DNA from: Bacteroidales bacterium
Lineage (GTDB): Bacteria > Bacteroidota > Bacteroidia > Bacteroidales > VadinHA17
DNA length: 64,000 bases
Assembly (NCBI GenBank): GCA_034004115.1
Contig: JAVEXG010000003.1
Span: 4,753 to 68,752, forward strand
Direction of reading: 5' to 3'
Part shown: positions 55,966 to 64,000 of the stretch, one piece after another
Layout of the letters: every line of letters begins with the position of its first letter
Numbering within the stretch: position 1 is the first letter of the stretch
Notes under the pieces: model-generated
What the model was told of the DNA's origin: nothing
Database searches by the model: none
The model's input: the letters and a program-made list of their open reading frames with translations, nothing else
Position numbers and translations under genes: made by a program

Positions 55966-56829
55966 CTAAGCTTTTACCGCTTCAACCTCCGCTTCGGCCT
56001 TTGGTTTTCTCGGCGGAAAATTGACCTCAATTATTGCATTTGTGGGACACTCCACAGCGCATTTCCTGCAAAATGTGCATTTTGCAGCGTCGATATATGC
56101 AAGATTGTTCTCAAGGGTAATGGCGCTAAACGCACAAACCTTCTGACATTTGCCGCACCCTATGCATGCAACCTTGCAGGCTCTTCTTGCAGGTCCTCCC
56201 TTGTCACAATTGGAGCATGCCACATATATTTTCCTGTCTTTTTTGGCTTTTTTGCGTAACTCTATAAGATTTCTCGGGCACGCCTTGACACAGGCGCCGC
56301 AGGAAGTGCATTTTTCATCCGAAATCTCCGGCAGCAGCGAAACCGGATTGATGTGCAGCGCATCGAAAGCGCACGCCCTTTCGCAATCTCCGTATCCGAG
56401 GCACCCGTAGCTGCAGTCGGTATCTCCGATGTAAAGGCTTTGAACTATCCTGCAGTCTGATGCTCCGTTGTAAACTGAAGTCCTTGGACGGTAATCAGGC
56501 GATCCGTTGCATTTCAGTACTGCAACCGTCGGATCGGAAACCGGAGGTGTTCTTCCCAGGATGCCCGCAATGTCTCCCATAACGGAAGCACCTCCTACCG
56601 GACAGGTAAGACCTTCAAAGCTGTCGGATTTTACAATGGCCTCCGCCAGATTCCTGCATCCGGCAAAACCGCAGCCGCCGCAGTTGGCTGCCGGCAGAAG
56701 AGCCTGAACCTCATCAATCCTTGGATCCTCGTATACCTTGAATTTCTGAGCGATAAAATAGAGAATGACAGCCGCCAGAAATGCCAGCAGGCTCAGACTG
56801 ATTATCGTTATTATAATTATCGGACTCAT
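55966..56829 (-). CDS. rnfB: Rnf electron transport complex subunit B (Fe-S)
   Basis: 287 aa. N-terminal TM helix, 'ANCGGCGFAGC', then several ferredoxin-type CxxCxxCxxxCP motifs. Confidence 0.87.
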   Translation of the reverse strand: MSPIIIITIISLSLLAFLAAVILYFIAQKFKVYEDPRIDEVQALLPAANCGGCGFAGCRNLAEAIVKSDSFEGLTCPVGGASVMGDIAGILGRTPPVSDPTVAVLKCNGSPDYRPRTSVYNGASDCRIVQSLYIGDTDCSYGCLGYGDCERACAFDALHINPVSLLPEISDEKCTSCGACVKACPRNLIELRKKAKKDRKIYVACSNCDKGGPARRACKVACIGCGKCQKVCAFSAITLENNLAYIDAAKCTFCRKCAVECPTNAIIEVNFPPRKPKAEAEVEAVKA

Positions 56830-56834
56830 CAGTA

Positions 56835-57257
56835 TTATGTTTTTAAGGTAAAGGTGAAACTCCGGTCGATCTTATTCCGGAACAGGTAAAGGATAAGAAA
56901 CCACGGAAGCAGCAGGGCAATTGAAATCAATCCTGTTGTAAGTTCATTAATGGATAAGGATTGAAGGATTAAGAGTCCGCCAACTACAATGAAAAAAGGC
57001 ACCAGGTAGCTGAGTACGACTGCTCTCATTCCCGCCGATTCCTCCATCTGAACTGTTACCCTGTCGCCCGGAGATACATCGTACCTTCCCTTTATGTCGA
57101 TTATTTTCTCCTCATTTTCCGTCATCCCGCACTTTCCCCGGATCTGACAGCCTGCACATGCAGCGCAGGAGACTATGCTGACAACAACCGAATCGATGCC
57201 AACTTCCTTTACCGTCCCGTCATGCTGTATCTTGTCTTTTAAAACAGATTCTTTCAT
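56835..57257 (-). CDS. rseC: RseC/MucC-family (SoxR-reducing system) small membrane protein
   Basis: About 140 aa from the ATG at 57257. N-terminal Cys-rich segment 'CAACAGCQIRGKC', then two TM helices. It is the first gene of the rnf operon. Confidence 0.6.
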   Translation of the reverse strand: MKESVLKDKIQHDGTVKEVGIDSVVVSIVSCAACAGCQIRGKCGMTENEEKIIDIKGRYDVSPGDRVTVQMEESAGMRAVVLSYLVPFFIVVGGLLILQSLSINELTTGLISIALLLPWFLILYLFRNKIDRSFTFTLKT

Positions 57258-57340
57258 CTGAACATCAGCCCTGTTTGAAGAGGTCAAATTTATCAAAGCT
57301 TAATTTATTAGAACTGTTTTTTATCAGGTTTTAATTTTAT

Positions 57341-57348
57341 CAAAATTA
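57341..57348 (-). promoter_or_regulatory. candidate Bacteroidota -7 box (TAATTTTG) for the rseC-rnf operon
   Basis: Plus strand 'caaaatta' equals minus strand 'taattttg', in the 67-nt gap between recG and the rseC ORF. Confidence 0.3.
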
Positions 57349-57364
57349 TTTAAAATCATTCTAA

Positions 57365-59470
57365 TTAGCTGATGTTGCTCCAGGATTGGTTTATGCTGAA
57401 CAACCTTCCCAGTTCGGAAACCAGGACAAAATTCTCCTCATTTCCCAGTGTCGGATCTTTAGCCAGTATGCCTTCTGCAATATTCCTGACATGTTCGATT
57501 ATCTGCCCGTCCTTGCCAAGACTGGCGATCTTAAGGTCGAACGGAATTCCACTCTGTATTGTGCCTTCTATGTCACCCGGTCCCCTGAGACGCAGATCCG
57601 TTTCGGCAATTTCAAACCCGTCTGAAGTCCGGACCATTACTTCAAGTCTTGCAATGGCCTCTTTCGAAAGTTTGTCTGAAGTCATGAGAATGCAATACGA
57701 CTGATCGGCACCCCTTCCAACCCTTCCCCTGAGCTGGTGAAGCTGGGAAAGTCCGAACCTTTCAGCGCTTTCGATCACCATAACCGAAGCATTCGGAATA
57801 TCAACCCCGACTTCAATTACCGTGGTTGCAACAAGGATGTTTGCGTGTCCTTCCTTAAAGAGTTTCATTGAGGTTTCCTTCTCAGCCGGTGTCATCTTGC
57901 CATGGACAATGCTGATGCAGTATTTAGGGGCAGGAAACACTCTTGAAATTGTGTCCCATCCATCCTCCAGATTCTTATAGTCCATCTTCTCTGACTCCTG
58001 AATCAGAGGGTAAACTACGAAAATCTGCCTTCCTTCATCGATCTGCTTCCTGATGAAACCAAATACCTTGTTTCGTTCCGGGTCTGTAAAGTGCATGGTT
58101 TTTATCGGAACCCTTCCCGGGGGCAGCTCATCAATAACCGAAACATCCAGGTCACCGTAAAGAGTCATGGCAAGAGTTCGCGGAATGGGAGTGGCAGTCA
58201 TTACAAGGATATGCGGAGGATTGGCACTCTTTTCCCACAGCCTTGCACGCTGGGCTACCCCAAACCGGTGCTGCTCATCGATAATTACCAGACCCAGGTT
58301 GTTGAATATGACATTTTCTTCAATAAGGGCATGGGTGCCAATCAGAATATGAAGCGATTTGTCCCTTAGCGATTCATCAATTTCCTTTCGAAGACTCTTT
58401 TTTGACGATCCGGTAAGCAGGCTGACGTTTATCCCTATCCCTTCCAGCATCTGGCATATGGTGTTATAATGCTGGTTTGCAAGTATCTCGGTCGGAGCCA
58501 TAAGGCATGCCTGGTATCCGTTGTCAATTGCGATCAGCATGCTCATAAGGGCTACAAGTGTCTTTCCGCTTCCCACATCCCCCTGGAGGAGCCTGTTCAT
58601 CTGCCTGCCGGAGCCAAGGTCCCTCCTTATCTCCTTCATTACCCTTTTCTGAGCTTCAGTAAGAGAAAAGGGGAGGTTGTTGTAATAAAAGCTGTTGAAA
58701 TGCTCCCCTACACTGGAGAAAACAAATCCCTTGTATTTACGCGAACGGATTGTCTTGAATCTTAACAGGTTGAGCTCAATATAGAAGAGTTCTTCGAATT
58801 TCAGCCTGTACCTGGCTCTCTCAATTTCCGCATTGCTGGCCGGAAAATGTATTTTATGAATTGCATCATGAAGACTCATAAGATTATGACCTGAAATCAG
58901 ATAGGAGGGGAGGGTTTCAGGAATCCTGTATTTTAGCTGCTTCAGGATCGACCCTATAAACTTGCCCAGGGTTTTTGAGGTGATAAACTGGTTCTTCAGC
59001 TTTTCGGTTGTGTTGTACTGAGCCTGCAAAGCTGATGTGATCCTTGCTGATACTTTTTCCAATGCCTCAATCTCAGGATGGATAATATTGACTACACCGT
59101 TGAAAACACCGGGTTTGCCGAAAACTATGTATTCCACATCCGGAACATAAGTTCCCATTATCCACTTTGTGCCCTTGAACCATATGAGCTTAATGATGCC
59201 TGTTTCGTCCTGAAAATCGGCAACAAGCCGTTTACCCTTTCCCTGCCCTTCGGTGTAATAACCCTTTATGTATCCTTTAACCTGGACAAGCGGAATATCG
59301 GGCTCAAGCTCAGCAATCTTGTAGTACCTGGTCCTGTCGATATACCTGTATGGAAAATGATAAAGCAGATCCCTGAACGTAAGAATGCCGAGTTCCTGGT
59401 TAAGCAGCTCAGCCCGTTTGGGCCCAACGCCCTGAAGATAGGTTATGTTCGTTTCGAGAAAATCCTGCAT
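57365..59470 (-). CDS. recG: ATP-dependent DNA helicase RecG
   Basis: 701 aa. Wedge domain followed by helicase motifs 'GDVGSGKT', 'DEQHRFG' and 'QLRGRVGRG'. Confidence 0.96.
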   Translation of the reverse strand: MQDFLETNITYLQGVGPKRAELLNQELGILTFRDLLYHFPYRYIDRTRYYKIAELEPDIPLVQVKGYIKGYYTEGQGKGKRLVADFQDETGIIKLIWFKGTKWIMGTYVPDVEYIVFGKPGVFNGVVNIIHPEIEALEKVSARITSALQAQYNTTEKLKNQFITSKTLGKFIGSILKQLKYRIPETLPSYLISGHNLMSLHDAIHKIHFPASNAEIERARYRLKFEELFYIELNLLRFKTIRSRKYKGFVFSSVGEHFNSFYYNNLPFSLTEAQKRVMKEIRRDLGSGRQMNRLLQGDVGSGKTLVALMSMLIAIDNGYQACLMAPTEILANQHYNTICQMLEGIGINVSLLTGSSKKSLRKEIDESLRDKSLHILIGTHALIEENVIFNNLGLVIIDEQHRFGVAQRARLWEKSANPPHILVMTATPIPRTLAMTLYGDLDVSVIDELPPGRVPIKTMHFTDPERNKVFGFIRKQIDEGRQIFVVYPLIQESEKMDYKNLEDGWDTISRVFPAPKYCISIVHGKMTPAEKETSMKLFKEGHANILVATTVIEVGVDIPNASVMVIESAERFGLSQLHQLRGRVGRGADQSYCILMTSDKLSKEAIARLEVMVRTSDGFEIAETDLRLRGPGDIEGTIQSGIPFDLKIASLGKDGQIIEHVRNIAEGILAKDPTLGNEENFVLVSELGRLFSINQSWSNIS

Positions 59471-59515
59471 TTTCTGTCCGTGGAAAAAGTAAGTAAAATG
59501 ATACCCGAAAATAAT

Positions 59516-59523
59516 TATTTTTG
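59516..59523 (+). promoter_or_regulatory. candidate Bacteroidota -7 box (TATTTTTG)
   Basis: 'tatttttg' lies 35 nt upstream of the ATG at 59558. Confidence 0.3.
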
Positions 59524-59557
59524 GTGACCTGTCCTAACATTAAAAATCACACCGCCC

Positions 59558-60346
59558 ATGGACTTGTCCTGCGTCCCGGATTACCTCAATTACCTTGCAT
59601 TTTCAAGGCACCGGAGCGGACATGGTATTCACAGTCCGTTTTTGTTCAGCCTTGTTTCAGATGTTTTCCGGAATAAAATCGATCCCGATATTGTCTGTAC
59701 TATTGAAAAGACAAGAGTAAGTATGCTTGCAGATACCAGAACAATAAATGTAACTGATCTGGGCGCAGGCTCCAGAATTATGAAAGCGAAACTCAGGAAA
59801 GTGTCCGACATTGCCAGATATTCATCAGTTCCGAAGAAATACGGGATACTCCTTGCCAATATGGCTCGGAGTTTCGGCAGATCAGGAATCCTTGAATTCG
59901 GAACTTCGCTCGGAATCAGCACCATGTACATGGCTGCCTCAATTCCTGACGCGGAGATCATTACAATGGAGGGATGCCCGGCGACCTCAGAAATTGCGAA
60001 TGAAAACTTCAGAAAGTCGGAGCTTAACAATATCACCTCATTGACCGGATCATTCGATGAACTCCTTCCGGAGTTAAGAAGGAAGGGAGTATCACCCGGA
60101 CTTGTCTTTGTCGACGGGAATCACCGCAGGGAGCCGGTGTTGAAGTATTTTAACGAGGTTACCGAAATGTCGGGGCCGGAAAGTGTAGTTATTCTTGATG
60201 ATATTCATTCATCACGGTCTATGTCGGATGCCTGGAATGAGATTAAAAAGCACGAAAAAGTCACCTCCTCAGTGGATGTTTTCCGGATGGGAATGGTGTT
60301 TTTCAGGAGTGGAATGGCACGTTACGACTACACTGTCAGGTATTAA
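59558..60346 (+). CDS. class I SAM-dependent methyltransferase (O-methyltransferase family 3-like)
   Basis: 262 aa. SAM motif I 'ILEFGTSLGISTMYMA' and 'LVFVDGNH'. Confidence 0.6.
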   Translation: MDLSCVPDYLNYLAFSRHRSGHGIHSPFLFSLVSDVFRNKIDPDIVCTIEKTRVSMLADTRTINVTDLGAGSRIMKAKLRKVSDIARYSSVPKKYGILLANMARSFGRSGILEFGTSLGISTMYMAASIPDAEIITMEGCPATSEIANENFRKSELNNITSLTGSFDELLPELRRKGVSPGLVFVDGNHRREPVLKYFNEVTEMSGPESVVILDDIHSSRSMSDAWNEIKKHEKVTSSVDVFRMGMVFFRSGMARYDYTVRY

Positions 60347-60419
60347 CAAAAATTAAGTTTATATAATTTCTTATTTAATATAATTAGTCTAATTTCGAAA
60401 CTTCAAATCAAGGTGCACT

Positions 60420-61124
60420 ATGGATAAAGTAATTGAAATTCATGATATTGTTAAGAACTATCAAATAGGTTCAGTAATAGTGAGAGCATTGAGATCTGTT
60501 TCTGTCACAATAAACAGAAATGAATACGTTGCAATTATGGGCCCTTCCGGATCCGGAAAATCGACTCTTATGAACCTGTTGGGATGTCTTGATACCGCGA
60601 CCAGCGGTGTATATATCCTGAATGGTACTGATGTGAGCAAGATGGAGGATGATTACCTGGCAGAGATAAGGAACAAGGAGATCGGTTTTGTCTTCCAGAC
60701 ATTCAACCTCCTTCCGAGATATACCGCCCTTGAAAACGTTACCCTGCCCTTGATTTATGCGGGAGTCCCAAAAGCAGACAGGGAAAAGGTGGCTGTAGAT
60801 ACGCTGCAGCAGGTTGGTCTGGCCGACAGGATGGAACACAAACCGAATGAATTGTCGGGCGGTCAGCGTCAGCGTGTTGCTATTGCAAGGGCCCTGGTGA
60901 ACAAGCCTTCAATCATTCTCGCCGATGAGCCGACCGGAAACCTCGACAGCAAAACATCTATAGATATAATGGGATTGCTGGATGCAATTCATAAAGCCGG
61001 TAATACGGTAATTGTGGTTACCCACGAAGAGGATATTGCCAGGCATGCGGAAAGAATAATTAGGCTGTTTGACGGTGAGATTGCTTCCGATGTTCTGAAT
61101 AAGGAACGGATCAAATACTCATAG
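60420..61124 (+). CDS. ABC transporter ATP-binding protein (MacB/LolD-like)
   Basis: 234 aa. Walker A 'GPSGSGKST', signature '[15 protein letters not shown]' and Walker B '[11 protein letters not shown]'. Confidence 0.9.
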   Translation: MDKVIEIHDIVKNYQIGSVIVRALRSVSVTINRNEYVAIMGPSGSGKSTLMNLLGCLDTATSGVYILNGTDVSKMEDDYLAEIRNKEIGFVFQTFNLLPRYTALENVTLPLIYAGVPKADREKVAVDTLQQVGLADRMEHKPNELSGGQRQRVAIARALVNKPSIILADEPTGNLDSKTSIDIMGLLDAIHKAGNTVIVVTHEEDIARHAERIIRLFDGEIASDVLNKERIKYS

Positions 61125-61136
61125 ACCAAATCATGA

Positions 61137-61688
61137 ATGCCCATGAAGATCTATACCCGTTCAGGAGATGATGGCTCTACTTCACTGGCGGATGGACAAA
61201 GGGTTCCGAAATTTCATCCAAGAATAGAAGCTTGCGGTACTATTGATGAACTTATCTCCTGGATAGGCCTTCTGAGGGGATTCCACGAAAACGAAAGCAG
61301 AATTCAGACACTTTTGTTCATCCAGGACAACCTGATGAGATTCGCTGCATTACTGTCCTTATCCGGTACGGATGAATCGGAAACCGGGGACGGGATGTCT
61401 GCTCACGAAAGTATTCTTTTCCTTGAAAATGAGATTGATGCACTGGAAAACAAACTGCCTCCGCTTGATCATTTTATCCTGCCCGGCGGTCATATCCTTG
61501 TTTCATACTGTCATATCGCCCGATGCGTCTGCCGCAGGGCCGAGAGAAAGGTTTTTCTGGTCAATAGCACGGCTAAAATTCCGTCTCCGGTCTGTAAATT
61601 CCTTAACCGGCTTTCGGATTATTTGTTCGTTTTGGCCCGCACTATAAGCATGGATGTTGATAATGATGAAGTTAAGTGGCAGAGATAG
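61137..61688 (+). CDS. PduO-type ATP:cob(I)alamin adenosyltransferase
   Basis: 'MKIYTRSGDDGSTSL' is the canonical N-terminus, so the true start may be the second ATG at 61143. 'CTIDELISWIG' and 'RCVCRRAER' are also present. Confidence 0.85.
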   Translation: MPMKIYTRSGDDGSTSLADGQRVPKFHPRIEACGTIDELISWIGLLRGFHENESRIQTLLFIQDNLMRFAALLSLSGTDESETGDGMSAHESILFLENEIDALENKLPPLDHFILPGGHILVSYCHIARCVCRRAERKVFLVNSTAKIPSPVCKFLNRLSDYLFVLARTISMDVDNDEVKWQR

Positions 61689-61738
61689 ACTCTGAAAAAA
61701 CTTCATTTTTTCTCTTGTTTATTAAATAAATTAATCTA

Positions 61739-61746
61739 TATATTTG
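61739..61746 (+). promoter_or_regulatory. candidate Bacteroidota -7 box (TATATTTG)
   Basis: 'tatatttg' lies 36 nt upstream of the ATG at 61782. Confidence 0.3.
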
Positions 61747-61781
61747 CAAACTTTTTTTTAAACAAAATCTAATCACAAAAA

Positions 61782-62003
61782 ATGTATTGGACACTTGAAT
61801 TAGCATCAAAACTCGAAGATGCTCCTTGGCCTGCCACAAAAGATGAGCTGATTGATTTCGCCATAAGGTCAGGTGCCCCCATGGAGGTTATTGAAAACTT
61901 ACAGGAAATTGAGGATGAGGGAGATATTTACGAAAGTATTGAAGATATCTGGCCCGATTATCCATCAAAGGATGATTTCTTCTTCAACGAAGATGAATAC
62001 TAA
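61782..62003 (+). CDS. DUF2795-like small acidic protein
   Basis: 73 aa. 'WPATKDELIDFAIRSGAPMEVIENLQEIEDEG' matches my memory of DUF2795. Confidence 0.6.
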   Translation: MYWTLELASKLEDAPWPATKDELIDFAIRSGAPMEVIENLQEIEDEGDIYESIEDIWPDYPSKDDFFFNEDEY

Positions 62004-62006
62004 AAG

Positions 62007-62040
62007 AAAGGCTGGTGCAAAACCAGCCTTTTATTTTTTA
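62007..62040. terminator. bidirectional intrinsic terminator between convergent genes
   Basis: 10-bp stem aaaggctggt (62007..62016) / accagccttt (62022..62031) with a 5-nt loop, followed by tatttttta. Confidence 0.75.
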
Positions 62041-63611
62041 AATATGTCCTCCATTTTTTTAGGTCTTATCGAATCCTGCCAGGTAAATCCTTCAAGTCTG
62101 AGCTTTAGCGGATCTGCCTCCGATGGGGGATCGATAAATCCTTCAGGATTCTGGTACTCGGCTATCTCTACAATCTTCCCGTCTTCAACCTGAATTTCAA
62201 TCCTGGCACATTTAGCCTGATTGACTCCAACAATCTGTTCGCCGTCAAGAAGGTAGTAAATGGTCTCGCCATTTCCCTCCACGTCGATCTTGTACAGCTC
62301 ATTATCCCTGAAGTAACCGGTAAGTGATCTGCCCTTAACCTGATTGAAGCGTGTATCATCAACCTGGCTTGTAACAAAAGCCGAATTATATAATTCCAGC
62401 CTGTCAGCCTGCCTGTTCTTAGTGAATATCGCTATTGAATCGGAAACGAGCTGGTTTTCTTCCGACCAGAGCACAGGCAGGGTATAAAGTCTGATTACCG
62501 AATCGCGGAACGAGTAGGCGAGGGAGTCGCATTTTGCCTGAAGATCGTTACTGAAGATCTTGCAGTTGTGGTAGGCCCTCATCAGCCTGTAGTCCTTCAT
62601 GGCTGAGTCGGATCGGGTTACGGCGCTTATCGTGTCGGCGTGGAGGAAGAGCGAATCCTCCTTCGACACCTGGATGAACAGGGCTTTTTTCGTGACCATA
62701 AATCGCTCAGGCTTCTCATAATACCATGCATAATCGCCCTTTACAATCAAGTTGTTTGTTGTATCTGTAATGCTTGTATTGTTAAAGGCAAGACCGTATC
62801 CGTTCAGATCATCATAATAGAGCGAATCTCCCCTTATTACCTGTTGCCTGTTGTCGATGACTGCATTCTTCCAGATCCGCGATATGTCGTTTTTTGTGTC
62901 GTACCAGCCTTTCTCACAATAGAGGTAGATGCTGTCTCCTTCCAATTCGGAGGGACCCGTGAAAAAAGCAGTTTCGGTCTGAGTGTTATAATCCATTGTA
63001 TCAGCCTTCATTACATAATCCGGATTGACTATGTTGACGCTGTCCTTGAAATGGAAAAGATTCTGTGCCACGTAATATATGCCGATTATGCTCGTAAGCG
63101 TGTTCTCGGCGTTGGTTATCCTTCCTCCAGTGTTGTACCGGGCAATATCGTTGGCAACGTCATATTCCACTGCCTGTGTGAAAAGATGAGTCTCCTTGTC
63201 GATCATTTCCACATTCCCGTGAACCGATGCCTGCCGCGTCATTCCGTCGTAAAAGAGGCTGTCGCCATAAAGATGCAGGGTATCTCCCTGAAACATGTGG
63301 ATTCTTCTGAAAGCCTTAACCTGATTAACGCCAGGATAAAACCAGGCGCTGTCGCAGGTCATGAATATATCCTCCTGCTTAAGGGAAACGTTCCTCAGAA
63401 GCCTTGTTACCCTTCTTCCGGTGCTCTTTTCTATTTCATCGATCCCTTCATCGGCATTAAGAACCTCAATCATTTTCTTTCCGGGTTTCTGTTGTACGGG
63501 CAGATCCTGGCTGAAGAATGATTGTGAAATAAGAATGATACCCGCCAGAAGCAAGGATCTTCTGAAGAATCCTGAAGAAAGCCATGTTTTCAAAGATGCT
63601 ATTTCAGCCAT
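62031..63611 (-). CDS. OstA/LptA-like repeat protein (predicted periplasmic, function unknown)
   Basis: 526 aa. It has a signal-anchor ('LLLAGIILISQSFFSQ') and a repetitive beta-rich sequence with recurring 'D.L.Y....' blocks, like OstA-like domains. It overlaps the upstream PPIase-like gene by 13 nt. The call is weak. Confidence 0.45.
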   Translation of the reverse strand: MAEIASLKTWLSSGFFRRSLLLAGIILISQSFFSQDLPVQQKPGKKMIEVLNADEGIDEIEKSTGRRVTRLLRNVSLKQEDIFMTCDSAWFYPGVNQVKAFRRIHMFQGDTLHLYGDSLFYDGMTRQASVHGNVEMIDKETHLFTQAVEYDVANDIARYNTGGRITNAENTLTSIIGIYYVAQNLFHFKDSVNIVNPDYVMKADTMDYNTQTETAFFTGPSELEGDSIYLYCEKGWYDTKNDISRIWKNAVIDNRQQVIRGDSLYYDDLNGYGLAFNNTSITDTTNNLIVKGDYAWYYEKPERFMVTKKALFIQVSKEDSLFLHADTISAVTRSDSAMKDYRLMRAYHNCKIFSNDLQAKCDSLAYSFRDSVIRLYTLPVLWSEENQLVSDSIAIFTKNRQADRLELYNSAFVTSQVDDTRFNQVKGRSLTGYFRDNELYKIDVEGNGETIYYLLDGEQIVGVNQAKCARIEIQVEDGKIVEIAEYQNPEGFIDPPSEADPLKLRLEGFTWQDSIRPKKMEDIFKK

Positions 63612-64000
63612 CCTGATTCAAGAAATTTGCATGATTTGAACTCATCACTGACCCTGATATAGGTAGTCTCTATCTTTTTCATGATCCAGGTCTGGTACGA
63701 CGACTGCCTTTCTCTCATCATTGTTGCATTGTAGAAATACTGGTAATCATCCTTCAGATTTGCCCGGTGTGCAGGTATCTCATCGTCCAGTTTTACTACC
63801 CTGAAAACAACATTCCCGATGTCATCGGTGGTCTGGAATGGCTCTGATATCTCACCCACCTTCATATCCCTGACCCTTGTATACATATCCCTGTTCAGCT
63901 CATCAAGCGAGAACCAGTTGATTCTCTCTGCAGGATTGGTGCTTACCATTTTTCCGCCGTTGATCCGGCTGTCGATGTGAGTGGAGAACCTTATAGCTGC
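63599..64000 (-). CDS. SurA/parvulin-like peptidyl-prolyl isomerase, C-terminal part (CDS runs off the right edge)
   Basis: I checked that the frame stays open from 63949 to 64000 (...AAIRFSTHIDSRINGGKMVSTNPAE...). 'GEISEPFQTTDDIGNVVFRVVKL' resembles the end of a parvulin domain. Confidence 0.5.
   Translation of the reverse strand, partial: AAIRFSTHIDSRINGGKMVSTNPAERINWFSLDELNRDMYTRVRDMKVGEISEPFQTTDDIGNVVFRVVKLDDEIPAHRANLKDDYQYFYNATMMRERQSSYQTWIMKKIETTYIRVSDEFKSCKFLESGWLK

Noticed and set aside
62640-63521. A 293-aa plus-strand ORF, one of the longest unexplained ORFs in the track.
   Set aside because: It lies entirely antisense to the 526-aa minus-strand ORF (62031..63611). That minus-strand ORF has a signal-anchor, repetitive OstA-like blocks, operon context with the upstream PPIase-like gene, and a terminator at its 3' end. 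The plus-strand translation is Cys/Ile/His-rich with no recognisable features, so I treat it as a shadow ORF.

Overview
This 64 kb window is a gene-dense chromosomal segment, most likely from an anaerobic member of the Bacteroidota (Bacteroidia-like). The lineage call rests on a T9SS type-B C-terminal sorting domain, TAnnTTTG-type promoter boxes, an rseC-rnfBCDGEA operon, a methylmalonyl-CoA decarboxylase-type cluster, and TonB/ExbBD and TamB genes. I support about 56 CDS, two of them cut by the window edges, and most are housekeeping genes. They are nth, aroB, aroC, tilS, proS, purA, fur, relA/spoT, glyA, tsaD, recG, pepD, a ClC channel, an M16 peptidase pair, an acyl-CoA ligase and Rnf. I found no rRNA, tRNA, CRISPR array, transposase or integrase.

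Three loci deserve a second look:
- **NPN cofactor locus (12.0-18.0 kb).** A larC-larE-larB nickel-pincer (NPN) cofactor operon has no larA within reach and carries a WbqC-like fourth gene. It sits divergent from a Tat-signal DUF362 protein and a NapH/NapG-like fused polyferredoxin that has an internal twin-arginine motif.
- **Low-complexity lipoprotein (9.1-12.0 kb).** A 439-aa Tyr/Ser/Gly-rich lipoprotein with [G/S]Y[G/S] repeats and a GMGMGMGMG tract is paired with a FadL/PorV-like outer-membrane barrel.
- **Hybrid operon (18.1-24.0 kb).** The gene order is methylmalonyl-CoA epimerase, carboxyltransferase, OadG-like anchor, biotin carrier, fused CitD-CitE, CitF, then a 53-aa rubredoxin that the ORF track misses. 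The expected Na+-pumping beta subunit and citC/citX/citG are absent from the window.

All family calls come from motif recognition by eye. No database search was run.
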